From NCBI GenBank assembly GCA_902727985.1, contig CACVAY010000103.1, positions 11,086 through 75,085 of the forward strand: a stretch of 64,000 bases of DNA, given 5' to 3'. Below, in pieces: positions 19,900 through 29,748 of this stretch. Numbering within the stretch: position 1 is the first letter of the stretch; every line of letters starts with the position of its first letter. The notes below the pieces were generated by a model that was not told the origin of the DNA, searched no databases, and worked only from the letters and a program-made list of their open reading frames with translations. This DNA is from an uncultured Thiotrichaceae bacterium (GTDB taxonomy: Bacteria > Pseudomonadota > Gammaproteobacteria > Thiotrichales > Thiotrichaceae). The position numbers and the translations under genes were made by a program.

Positions 19900-20448
19900 A
19901 TGACAGACTCAACGTTAGATTTATCCAGACGAAGGTTTTTTTACACGTCCACAGCTTTACTTGCCGGAGTAATGGTGGGTAAAAGTGCTTGGGCTGAAGA
20001 AGAGCCTGAAAAAGGTAAAGAACCAGATCAAATCACATCTCGTCCTGCTGAAGGGGATTGTCCACTAAATAGTGGCGGGGCATCCCTGTTGAATTCAGAA
20101 TGGAAAGTTGAATCAGTTTACGGTAATAAAATTCCGGATGTGGTGACGATGAACTTAAAAGTAGGTCAGACAACGTTATCTGGAGAAGCTGGCTGTAATA
20201 GTTACAATGCAATTTTTCAACAAGTTGGATATACAGGGTTTAAGATCACGGAGATCAATAAAGGTAAAAAAGGGTGTCGAATCGTCAATTCTTACCCTAG
20301 TGGGCCTACAGTAAACGTTGGTGATCTAGAAAACGGGTATTTGCGCACATTGCGTCGTATGGGAAGTGTTCAACAGTTTGAAAATAAGCTCGTCTTTTAT
20401 AATCGGAATGGAGATAAAGCGATTGAAATGACCAAAGTCAGTACTTAG
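19900..20448 (+). CDS. META (HslJ-like) domain protein with twin-arginine signal
   Basis: 182 aa. It has a Tat-type leader (LSRRRFFYTSTALLAGVMVGKSAWA) and META-domain blocks (SEWKVESVYGNKIP...LSGEAGCNSYNAIFQ...LENGYLRTLRRM). Confidence 0.72.
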   Translation: MTDSTLDLSRRRFFYTSTALLAGVMVGKSAWAEEEPEKGKEPDQITSRPAEGDCPLNSGGASLLNSEWKVESVYGNKIPDVVTMNLKVGQTTLSGEAGCNSYNAIFQQVGYTGFKITEINKGKKGCRIVNSYPSGPTVNVGDLENGYLRTLRRMGSVQQFENKLVFYNRNGDKAIEMTKVST

Positions 20449-20767
20449 AAGGCATTTTTTAAAGATACAGTCTCAGATACAGAGGTGCTGAATATATTTA
20501 GCGCCTTTGCTATGATTTTTCTATACAGCGGTCGTTGTATTCTTGGCTTTTTAGCCTCAATTTTATTCGAAACTCCTGAAGCTCTCCTTTGCTTTAATGA
20601 ATTTACTCAGATATTCGGCCGTTTATTCATCTGTGAAATGATGCAGAAGTAACCATTAATCCGTCCTCTAAATTCTTCTGTAGAGATATCACTAGGCATT
20701 ATCAGTGGTTTGGTCAATGCTCCGATAGAGTCATTTTTTCGCATATTAACGTGTAGTCACGAGGTAA

Positions 20768-22084
20768 ATGATGAGTCAAAAGCAGCCTATGGCTTATATC
20801 ATTCTGATAGCCTTTTTCATACATCTTGTTTTTCTTAGTTATCTGAATAATTTCAATGTGGCTGGTTTGCCATTGCGCTCTTTCTTCGTCATCTTTTGTG
20901 GAGGGTTGGTGCTGTTGCAAGGAAGTTCTTATGTTACAGATTTAAAGCTTTTGAACATTAGTTATGCGTTGCTATCCATGTTGGGATTGTTGGTCTCGGT
21001 TATTAATCAAATTGATAATGGGGTTATTTTTGCTGGATTATTTAGGCTTTTGCAGTCCTACCTGGTGATAGTTTCCGGTTATTACTTATTGGTGAATTTT
21101 GGTTATAAGGTCATTCCTTATACTGTATTAGCCGTGGCGGTGCCGTCTGCGGTTGTGGGTATTCTACAGGCGATGGGGATGGACTTTGCCTGGCAGATTC
21201 GTGAAATGTTGGGGGCAGTTCAAAACACAGCTATCAGCCATGAAATAACGGAGGTCTTTGTGAATAATCGATCTCGTCCTCCTGGGCTTTTGTTATTTGC
21301 AATACCTCAGACCTATCTGCTTTTAACTGCACTTGCAATGTCTTTGTTTTTGTACATTAGAGCCTATGAAAGGGGAGAGGATACACATACATTTTTGTTT
21401 TTAACCACTGTGGTTTTTGTAGGATGTGTGTCATCAGAAACACGTTCTGCTATTGGTGCTGCCGCTATTCTCATCTTGCTGACATTTTGGCGAGTGAATT
21501 TTACCTTGCTTGCCGGAGCAGGAATTGCCATGACGATGGTGCTGATGGGGTCTCAAATTTACTCAGCTCAACTTCCCGTTAAAACAGATGCCGAAACTCG
21601 GGTGCTAAGTTTCACAGATGATTCAGCGAAGGGGCGAATGACACTGTACAAGTATGGCACCGAGTTAGTATTACAGAGCCCATTGGGCTATGGGTATGGA
21701 TTTAATTCGAAAGAGGTTGCGCCTGAGTATTTTTCGAATGAAAAAAATATTTTTGAATATGCGCCGACTGCTAAAGTGCAGTATTTAACAGAAGTACATA
21801 ATGCTTTATTAAATATTACTCATATTTATGGAGTTATTGGTTTAGCTATTTTTGTTATTTTCGTCTATCAGTTAAGTGTGGTTAGGTGGTTTTTTACTTT
21901 TGTCTTGGTTGGATATCTTCTCAACGCCTTTTTTCATAATAATGGCATCATGCTAGGAGATCTGTATTTTGATTTCTTCATATCAATGATTCTTTACTAT
22001 AAATATTATGTTAATAGACTTATAGAGTGTCAACCAGCAACCCCCAAAGTCGATCACTCATTGAAATATGCTGTACACATGTAA
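20768..22084 (+). CDS. O-antigen ligase-family membrane protein (WaaL/Wzy_C-like)
   Basis: 438 aa and polytopic. The Wzy_C-type loop is VGCVSSETRSAIGAAAILILL, and there is a periplasmic loop of about 90 aa (AQLPVKTDAETRVLSFTDDSAKGRM...). Confidence 0.7.
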   Translation: MMSQKQPMAYIILIAFFIHLVFLSYLNNFNVAGLPLRSFFVIFCGGLVLLQGSSYVTDLKLLNISYALLSMLGLLVSVINQIDNGVIFAGLFRLLQSYLVIVSGYYLLVNFGYKVIPYTVLAVAVPSAVVGILQAMGMDFAWQIREMLGAVQNTAISHEITEVFVNNRSRPPGLLLFAIPQTYLLLTALAMSLFLYIRAYERGEDTHTFLFLTTVVFVGCVSSETRSAIGAAAILILLTFWRVNFTLLAGAGIAMTMVLMGSQIYSAQLPVKTDAETRVLSFTDDSAKGRMTLYKYGTELVLQSPLGYGYGFNSKEVAPEYFSNEKNIFEYAPTAKVQYLTEVHNALLNITHIYGVIGLAIFVIFVYQLSVVRWFFTFVLVGYLLNAFFHNNGIMLGDLYFDFFISMILYYKYYVNRLIECQPATPKVDHSLKYAVHM

Positions 22085-22489
22085 TTTCTCACCGAGGCAT
22101 ATTCAGTTTACCTTGCCCTCATATCTTCCCTTGCTCCTTTTTTCTATTTTTTTCATCTGAACAAGGTGCACAGAGTGGAAGGTGCCCTTGTCAAGATTTT
22201 TAATCACCCAATGATAACTACCGCTTATCGTGTCTCAAGACCTTTTATCAAGCTGTCAAATATCTATAGCCATTGGAATTCTTCGTGCTGTCATAAGCGT
22301 TTTTTGAAAATTATAGTGTTCTTAATCAACGCTAATTATCTCGAGCACGGATGAGTTTTTTGTAGATCGAGTGTACTAAAAGATACACGAATCTCTTTGC
22401 ACCAGATACATCTGTATCAAGCATCATGCGATTACGAAAAAACAGGATTTAGCTTTTAAAAACTCAAAAGAACAATAAAGAGAAAGATT

Positions 22490-24739
22490 ATGTCGCAAAC
22501 TGTTCCAGTTATTGCAGCTCAAAGCGAACCCGTTTTAGAAACATTGGCAATCCCACAATCTCCTTCATCTGATCAAAAGTATTCCTATGATAGAGGCATG
22601 GGGTTCAAAGATTATCTGAAGAACATGAGTCGTCATAAGATGATCATTGTTGTTTTGTCTCTAATGGGGTTGTTGGTTGGTTATTTTCTTAGTCAAGTGA
22701 TAAAAGATCAATACACGGCTGTGGCAACCATCAAAATTGATGCGGAACCTGTGCAAATTCTGGATTATGGCATTGATGTGCATCAGAAAAAATCGATGAT
22801 CAATAATGCGATCTTCTTTCAAACGCAGTACAAGCTGTTACGCAGTAAAAAACTGGCAAAGCGTGTTATCGAAGATTTAAGTTTGGAAAGCTATCTTCAG
22901 TCGCAAAGTAAGCTTACCCCTGGAGCAACTGATGTGTTGGAGCGCTTTAAAGAGGAGGTGGTTGCTTTACGCGATCAGTTTTTCACAACCAAGCCTAAGC
23001 AGATCGTTCCTGTTCAATTAGAAAATATTTTCTTAGAAAGCCTCACTATTCGCCCACTGAAAGATTCACAGATTGTGGAAGTGACGTTTCAATCTAACGA
23101 TGAGCAGTTGTCGATTGATGTTGTGAACGGTTTTATCAAAAACTTTATGGAACAACGCGCAGAGATACACAGAGTCTCAGCAGATAGGGCAGCGACGTTC
23201 TTAAGAAATGAATTGTTAACCGCAAGAGGCCGTTTACAAGAGTCGGAGGAGGAGTTATTAACGTACGCAAAGCAAAATAATATCATTGATACGAAAGGTG
23301 ATCGATCGATCATTGCTCAGAGCTTAGAGGATTTAAGTGCGGCTTATATCAAAGCCAAGCAACAAAGAATAATGGCTGAAAGTGTCTACGCCGAGCAGCG
23401 TGAGGCGGCTGGTGATCTTTATGCCGCTGATAGCAATCTGATATCTGATCTTAAGGAGCGCGTCTCTGCAGTATCCGTAAACTATACCGAAAAGCTTAAG
23501 ACCTATAAGCCAGATTATCCTGAAATGCTAGCTTTAAGATCACAAATCAATGAGTTGAATAAGCAAATTTCTGCAGAAAGAGGTCGGGCTAAACGTTCTG
23601 TGGCAAATGATATGAAAGCTTCTTTTCAATCTTCACTACAGCAGGAACGTAGATTGAACAGTGAAATTCTTTCCTATGAAAAGCAGCTACTGAATTTTGA
23701 AGATCGGAATTTGCAATATACGAATCTTCAACGAGAAACAGAAACTAATCGTGTTCATTACGAAGGGCTATTACAACGACTAAAAGAAGTTACCGTTGTT
23801 GGAAGTTCGAGCAATGAAAGCATCGATATTATTGATGATGCATATCCATCTGTACGTCCTTCCTCCAAAAGAAGCCTTTTAAATGCACTTCTTGGAATGA
23901 TTGTGGGTCTGTTTGCAGGTGCAGGTCTTGCGCTGTTAAAAAGTCTTATGAATCAACGGGTTCAGTCTCTTGAGGATTTGCAGGATATGCAACTTCCTTA
24001 TCATATATTAACAGCATTGCCAAAAGTAAAGCACCCAAAGAAAAATAATATTCCATTGCTTGCAGCAAATAAGCCTAACTCCTCAATGGCTGAGTCTATT
24101 CGTTATCTCTATGCCAATTTGACGATGGGTAATACACAGAAGATCCCACGTGTTTTATTAATTACTAGCTCAATCCCCGGAGAAGGAAAGTCAAGTACGG
24201 TTATTAATTTGGCGAGCATGTTGGCAAAAAATGGGAAGCGAGTATTGATTATTGATGGAGATTTGCGGAAACCAACCATTCATAAGCATCTTAGGGTTGA
24301 TAACAGTGAGGGTTTGAGTAATTACCTGGCTGGTTTAAGCGCTAAATTACCGCTTAAAAAAGTTGCCAGCAAATCCCCTTTATTTGTTATTCCTGCTGGC
24401 CCAATGGTTTCGGATCCTGTTGGCATACTTTCAACACAAAAGATGATTGATTTATGCGCGACATTACGCGATTCATTTGATCAAGTGATTATTGATTCTC
24501 CTCCAGTATTAGGTATGGCAGATGCGTTGGTCTTATCAAATAGATCAGATGCAACATTATTTGTTGTGTCAAATGATAAACCCAGTAAAAAAGATATTCA
24601 TTCAGCATTAAGAAACCTGGAAAAAGGTTTTGCAAATATTGTTGGCATCGCCTTTTCCAAAGAAAAGAGCTCTCGTCATAATCAATATTATAAAAACAAT
24701 AGCTATTCAGACGGGCGCTCTCATCTTGTATTGTCATAA
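22490..24739 (+). CDS. wzc: polysaccharide co-polymerase / tyrosine autokinase (Wzc/GumC-type BY-kinase)
   Basis: 749 aa. It has a Wzz-like N-terminus with TM1 (MIIVVLSLMGLLVGYF), a long coiled-coil periplasmic region and TM2 (LLGMIVGLFAGAGLALL). The kinase motifs are Walker A ITSSIPGEGKSSTVINLA, A' VLIIDGDLRKP and B VIIDSPPV. The tail is Tyr-containing (NQYYKNNSYSD). Confidence 0.9.
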   Translation: MSQTVPVIAAQSEPVLETLAIPQSPSSDQKYSYDRGMGFKDYLKNMSRHKMIIVVLSLMGLLVGYFLSQVIKDQYTAVATIKIDAEPVQILDYGIDVHQKKSMINNAIFFQTQYKLLRSKKLAKRVIEDLSLESYLQSQSKLTPGATDVLERFKEEVVALRDQFFTTKPKQIVPVQLENIFLESLTIRPLKDSQIVEVTFQSNDEQLSIDVVNGFIKNFMEQRAEIHRVSADRAATFLRNELLTARGRLQESEEELLTYAKQNNIIDTKGDRSIIAQSLEDLSAAYIKAKQQRIMAESVYAEQREAAGDLYAADSNLISDLKERVSAVSVNYTEKLKTYKPDYPEMLALRSQINELNKQISAERGRAKRSVANDMKASFQSSLQQERRLNSEILSYEKQLLNFEDRNLQYTNLQRETETNRVHYEGLLQRLKEVTVVGSSSNESIDIIDDAYPSVRPSSKRSLLNALLGMIVGLFAGAGLALLKSLMNQRVQSLEDLQDMQLPYHILTALPKVKHPKKNNIPLLAANKPNSSMAESIRYLYANLTMGNTQKIPRVLLITSSIPGEGKSSTVINLASMLAKNGKRVLIIDGDLRKPTIHKHLRVDNSEGLSNYLAGLSAKLPLKKVASKSPLFVIPAGPMVSDPVGILSTQKMIDLCATLRDSFDQVIIDSPPVLGMADALVLSNRSDATLFVVSNDKPSKKDIHSALRNLEKGFANIVGIAFSKEKSSRHNQYYKNNSYSDGRSHLVLS

Positions 24740-24823
24740 AGAATAGTTTTCTCGATAAAAACTAGTTAAAACTTTAATCATATGCAAGAAATATAAACAT
24801 ATTTAAATTCAGGTTTACATCAT

Positions 24824-25960
24824 ATGAAGAAAAAAATAGCAATATTAGGTGCGCGAGGAATTCCAGGAAATTACGGTGGATTTGAAACGTTTGCTGAAGA
24901 GCTAGCAGTTAGACTGGTTACTAGAGGTTATGAGGTGACGGTTTTTTGTGAGAAAAACACTGATATGCCAACCTCTTATAAAGGTGTAAACCTGAAATAT
25001 GTAATGGCCCCAAGTTTAGGCCCATTGAAGACCATTATTTATGATGTGGTTAGTATGGTTAAAGCAAGAAAAGAATATGATATTGTTTATATGTTGGGTT
25101 ATGGGGCAAGTTTCTCATGTTTCATTCCTCGAATTTATGGTAATGAAGTTTGGATAAATATGGATGGCATTGAGTGGAAGAGAAGTAAATGGAATAAATT
25201 AGCTAAACTTTGGTTTATGGTCATGGAAAGGATTGCGATAACGACGGCTAGTAAGATAGTGGCTGATGCACAATCCATACTCACACATTTAGAAGCACGA
25301 TATAAAAGCCTGCCAAATAGTTCAGTTATAGCCTATGGCGCACCTGCTCTTAGAGAGAAACCACATGAAGAGTTGTTATCAGAGTGGGGCTTGGCAAAGG
25401 AAAAGTATTATATCTTGGTGGGTCGATTAGAGCCAGAGAATCATATACTTGAGATATTAGAAGGCTTCAAGCAGTCAAACACAAAGATGAAGTTGATTGT
25501 TTTGGGAGACCATAAGGCTAAGAACAGTTATGTTGAGAAATTAATAACTATTAAGGATGAACGAATTCATTTAATCGGTACAGTTTTTGATAGCTGTAAA
25601 TTGGAGGCCCTACGGTATTATTCGATCGCATATTTTCACGGCCATTCAGTTGGAGGAACTAACCCATCACTTTTGGAAGCTCTCGGTTGTAGTAATCCAG
25701 TTATTGCTCACGACAATGTTTTCAATCGCGAAGTGGCTAGAGATGCAGCGGTATATTTTGAGAACAATGAAAGTATACCTAAGTTGATCAATGAGATTGA
25801 AAATGATGTGGGTAAGCGTGAAAGAATGGGGGAGAAAGGTTTGGGTATCATATCTAACTTTTATACGTGGGATATCATTGTAGATAAATATGTTGCATTA
25901 ATGGGGGATGATGAAAATTATGTGGAAAGAAATGCTGAGATAAAAATATCTAAAGGTTAA
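24824..25960 (+). CDS. GT4/GT1-fold glycosyltransferase with DUF1972-type N-terminus
   Basis: 378 aa with KIAILGARGIPGNYGGFETFAEELAVRL (a DUF1972-like start) and the C-terminal motif GHSVGGTNPSLLEALGCSNPVIAHD (EX7E-type region). Confidence 0.85.
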   Translation: MKKKIAILGARGIPGNYGGFETFAEELAVRLVTRGYEVTVFCEKNTDMPTSYKGVNLKYVMAPSLGPLKTIIYDVVSMVKARKEYDIVYMLGYGASFSCFIPRIYGNEVWINMDGIEWKRSKWNKLAKLWFMVMERIAITTASKIVADAQSILTHLEARYKSLPNSSVIAYGAPALREKPHEELLSEWGLAKEKYYILVGRLEPENHILEILEGFKQSNTKMKLIVLGDHKAKNSYVEKLITIKDERIHLIGTVFDSCKLEALRYYSIAYFHGHSVGGTNPSLLEALGCSNPVIAHDNVFNREVARDAAVYFENNESIPKLINEIENDVGKRERMGEKGLGIISNFYTWDIIVDKYVALMGDDENYVERNAEIKISKG

Positions 25961-25988
25961 TTTTCCAAAAATATAAATAGGTTTATAT

Positions 25989-27011
25989 ATGCGTGTTTTA
26001 TTCGTTACGAACGGTTATCCCACTGAGGATCATCCTGAATATTGTGTTTTCAATAAAGAGCAGGTGTCTTCTATAGAAAAAAGAGGCGTTGAAGTTGATG
26101 TTATATTCATTAACGCACGAGATTATGGTAGGTCTGAGTATGTAAAGGCAATTAAAATAATTAAAGATAAATCTAAAAATGCTGACCTAATACATTGCTT
26201 TCATGGCTTGTCGTACCTTATTACATTACTCTCTGTTGGTAAAAAAGTGCCTTTAGTAGTATCTTTCCTCAATGCCATCGAAAATGAATATATAGAGTTT
26301 CCTAAGCCGGTGTCACAAATATGTAGTGTGATAACGAAAATGTTGGTTAAGAAAAATATAGGAATGATTTTTAAGGATCGTGTTCCTATCTGGGCAAAAA
26401 CTAATAGCTTAGCCAAAAATATTCCCAATGGAGTGAATATTGAACAGTTTTTCCCACTGAAAAGGTCTGAGGCAATACAGGCCCTAAACCTTGATAGTAG
26501 TAAAAGGTATGTACTTTTTGTCAGTTCTAAAGACAAATTTAGAAGACAAAAACGGTATGATATGTTCACTTTGGTACTTAAGAACTTAAAAGCTGATCAA
26601 GCATTTTCCGATGTGGAAGAGTTATGCTTAGTCAATGAAACGAGAGATCGGGTACCATTGTATTTCAATAGTGCCTCTGTGCATCTTTTAACATCGGATT
26701 TTGAGGGGTCGCCAAACTCTGTTAAAGAAAGCATGGCTTGCAATACTCCTGTTGTTTCCACGAATGTTGGAAATGTGAAAGAGATGTTTCAAGGAGGGGA
26801 GGCAGGGTGCGAATTCGTTAATGTTGGTGATGTTGATGCATTAACCGAGTCTCTCAAAAATACCTTGGGAAGCTCTGAGCGTATCGATTTGTTGAGTGTA
26901 TTAAAAAATAATGACTTAGATTCAGTAAGTTCGGCACAGGCTGTATGTCAGTTATATAGCGAAGTGTTGTCCAATTTCGCCACATCGAATAAATTTTTAT
27001 CTACCCCGTAA
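25989..27011 (+). CDS. GT4-family glycosyltransferase
   Basis: 340 aa with MRVLFVTNGYPTEDHPEYCVF and the C-terminal block TSDFEGSPNSVKESMACNTPVVSTNVGN. Confidence 0.8.
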   Translation: MRVLFVTNGYPTEDHPEYCVFNKEQVSSIEKRGVEVDVIFINARDYGRSEYVKAIKIIKDKSKNADLIHCFHGLSYLITLLSVGKKVPLVVSFLNAIENEYIEFPKPVSQICSVITKMLVKKNIGMIFKDRVPIWAKTNSLAKNIPNGVNIEQFFPLKRSEAIQALNLDSSKRYVLFVSSKDKFRRQKRYDMFTLVLKNLKADQAFSDVEELCLVNETRDRVPLYFNSASVHLLTSDFEGSPNSVKESMACNTPVVSTNVGNVKEMFQGGEAGCEFVNVGDVDALTESLKNTLGSSERIDLLSVLKNNDLDSVSSAQAVCQLYSEVLSNFATSNKFLSTP

Positions 27012-27110
27012 GAAGCCATCAGTTACCGTTCTAAGTGATTGAAGGAAGGAGTGTATAGGTTTTGCGAGTGAAATGATTTCACTTCTACCTTTCGTCATTT
27101 AAGGAATCCG

Positions 27111-28109
27111 ATGAAAGTCACAAGGCTGTTAGAATTAGATGCATTGAGAGGGTTAGCCGCCTTGGCTGTAGTTTTTTATCACTATTTCTATAGGTACGAC
27201 ACTCTTTATCAGCATGATGACAATATTGCTGTGAAATGGGCGCAGTTTGGGCACTTTGGCGTAGAACTCTTTTTCATGGTGAGTGGATTCGTCATTTTTT
27301 GGACATTGCATAGGGTAAAAGCACCTCTCGATTTTATTGTATCCAGGTTTTCAAGGCTCTACCCAACGTATTGGGTATCCCTTGCCTTCACCTACATGAT
27401 TATCAGTGTATTTGGTTTGTCAGGAAGAGAAGTGCCTCTGACAGAGGCTCTAGGCAATATGTTGATGTTTCATCAGTATTTAGGTATTGAGCATGTTGAT
27501 GGGGTGTATTGGACATTAACCGTCGAATTAACGTTCTATTTTTGGGTTTTTTGCCTGTTTCTGATGAATAGTTTGAGTAAAGTGGAGTATGTATTTATTA
27601 CCATGGTGGGGTTTTCTGTACTTGATGGTTTAGGATATTTGAATATTCCAAAGCCAGTTTATGCGGCCTTTATTTTGAAATATATTTCTTTTTTCTTGGC
27701 AGGAATATGTTTTTATAAAATTACTCATGATATGAAGGCGAATAAAACATGGGTGATTCTGGGAATGTCACTTTTATCGACGATTGCTGTATATTCGTAT
27801 GGCGAGTTTTTACTGTTTTGTTTTTTTTATATTATTTTTTATTTAGCATCTTCAGGGAATTTACGATTTTTAACGTATAAGCCACTTGTCCTTCTAGGGA
27901 GCATCTCGTATCCCTTATACCTCATACATCAAAACCTGGGCTATGTTGTTATTAATGCTTTCTATCAATTTAAGTGGCATCCGTTGGCGGGGATTCTACT
28001 AGCACTAGTACTGTCAGTTATTGTTGCCTATGTGTTGGCCAGGTTTGTTGAGAAGCCTGCAGTGGCATCTATCCGTCAGTTTTATAGAGACTGGAAAACA
28101 ATAAGATAG
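27111..28109 (+). CDS. acyltransferase family 3 (second copy in the locus)
   Basis: 332 aa. The AT3 signature is LELDALRGLAALAVVFYHYF...GVELFFMVSGFVI. It is polytopic. Confidence 0.85.
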   Translation: MKVTRLLELDALRGLAALAVVFYHYFYRYDTLYQHDDNIAVKWAQFGHFGVELFFMVSGFVIFWTLHRVKAPLDFIVSRFSRLYPTYWVSLAFTYMIISVFGLSGREVPLTEALGNMLMFHQYLGIEHVDGVYWTLTVELTFYFWVFCLFLMNSLSKVEYVFITMVGFSVLDGLGYLNIPKPVYAAFILKYISFFLAGICFYKITHDMKANKTWVILGMSLLSTIAVYSYGEFLLFCFFYIIFYLASSGNLRFLTYKPLVLLGSISYPLYLIHQNLGYVVINAFYQFKWHPLAGILLALVLSVIVAYVLARFVEKPAVASIRQFYRDWKTIR

Positions 28110-28217
28110 TAGTGAAGGGAAAAAGCTTTAATCAGATAAAGTAGTCAATATCAATCAGTCAATAAAAAAATCATCATATTCTGATGGTGGGCAATTTGGG
28201 TCTAAACACAATGAGTC

Positions 28218-29741
28218 ATGAATAATATATTAGAAGCGCTGAATAAACAGACGACAAGAAACCAAGAGATGATAGTTTTTCTATTGTATCTGTGTTGTGT
28301 GCTGACTATTGCGGGTCATCACGAGGCATGGAGAGATGAAGCGCAAGCATGGTTGCTTTCAAGGGATTTGTCTTTTTTTCAGCTGATAAACCATATCAGC
28401 TATGAGGGAACACCGGCTTTGTGGCATTTAATATTAATGCTATTTTCCAAGACGGGATTCCCATATGAAACGATAAAGTATATCAATATTACTATTATTG
28501 CTTTTTCAGCATTTGTTTTTCTAAGATTTTCTCCCTTCACATTATTGACAAAAACCTTATTCATCTTTTCTTATTATATGGCATGGGAGTACTCAATTAT
28601 AGCGAGAAGTTATAGTGTTTCTATTGCTATCATTTTTTCTATTGCTGGATTTTATCATCTTCGATTTACACGTCCTATTGTCTATGCGCTATTAGTTTTT
28701 GTTTTATTTAACACTAATGCACATAGTTTCTCTCTAGCAGCCGCGATAGGTTTGTTATATCTATATGAGTCAAAAGATAATGAGAGTCTTGGGTGGGGTT
28801 TTCTAATATCCGTGTCTATCATGGCTTGCGGGGCTTTCTTAGCACTTTATCAGCTTATTCCTAATATTGATAATATGCATGACTGGAAGCTGAATATCTT
28901 TGCTCCCCCCATTGCTTTAATGAATGCTTTCTTCCCAGTGACCAGCTATCTGGAGGAGCAATTAGCTCATAAGCTCTATCTGACTCCTCTAGCTTTTATA
29001 GCGTTTCTGACTTTTCTGTATTTTATTTTATATCTACAAGCTAATTACCGTAACTTGTTTTTTTTGTACACATTCTTTGTTTTTGGAATGATAAGTATTT
29101 TCTTGTTCAAAAATTTTGGTACCTACCGCCATCATGGGTTTATTCTGATCATCCTGATTTTTGTTTTATGGGTGTCAAAAAACTACAAGAAAAAGAAGGA
29201 GGAAGATCATAATACTTTAGATCGATACTTCTCAAAAGGGTCTATTCCGTTTAAAAAAAGAACCGCGACTCTTTTGTTGAATATTGTCCTTGGGTTTTCC
29301 TTAATGGGGAGTGCAGTAATGTACTACAAAGAATATACGGGCTCATTCTCTGGTTCGAAAAAAATGGCGGAACTCGTCATTGATAATGGCTTTGAAGAAC
29401 GAGTGATTGTAGCCAGTTCATCACAAATTATGAGTAGTCTGTTACCGTATTTACCTAATACTACATTTTGGTATCCCGATGCTCAAAGGTTTGGAACCTA
29501 TATCGTTTGGACGCATGGCTATAAAAGTAATCGAAATCTTCCATTCGAAGAAGTAGAACGACGCGCAAAATCCGCAGGTGTCCTGAACAAGTCGACCTTG
29601 GTTCTACTCAGTAGGCCTATGCCTGACTCCTACTTGGCTCATTATCAGTTAGTCAATAAGTCAGATGAGGGGGTATTTGGAGCACTTGATGAGACGTATT
29701 ATTTGTACAAGGCTAAACAAGTTGGCGCTTTTGCCGAGTAG
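28218..29741 (+). CDS. large polytopic membrane protein, possibly a GT-C-fold glycosyltransferase
   Basis: 507 aa. It has about 11 TM helices and an early acidic loop (HHEAWRDEAQAWLLSRD), followed by a soluble C-terminal domain of about 150 aa. I recognised no family motif with certainty. Confidence 0.55.
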   Translation: MNNILEALNKQTTRNQEMIVFLLYLCCVLTIAGHHEAWRDEAQAWLLSRDLSFFQLINHISYEGTPALWHLILMLFSKTGFPYETIKYINITIIAFSAFVFLRFSPFTLLTKTLFIFSYYMAWEYSIIARSYSVSIAIIFSIAGFYHLRFTRPIVYALLVFVLFNTNAHSFSLAAAIGLLYLYESKDNESLGWGFLISVSIMACGAFLALYQLIPNIDNMHDWKLNIFAPPIALMNAFFPVTSYLEEQLAHKLYLTPLAFIAFLTFLYFILYLQANYRNLFFLYTFFVFGMISIFLFKNFGTYRHHGFILIILIFVLWVSKNYKKKKEEDHNTLDRYFSKGSIPFKKRTATLLLNIVLGFSLMGSAVMYYKEYTGSFSGSKKMAELVIDNGFEERVIVASSSQIMSSLLPYLPNTTFWYPDAQRFGTYIVWTHGYKSNRNLPFEEVERRAKSAGVLNKSTLVLLSRPMPDSYLAHYQLVNKSDEGVFGALDETYYLYKAKQVGAFAE

Positions 29742-29748
29742 TTGTTGA

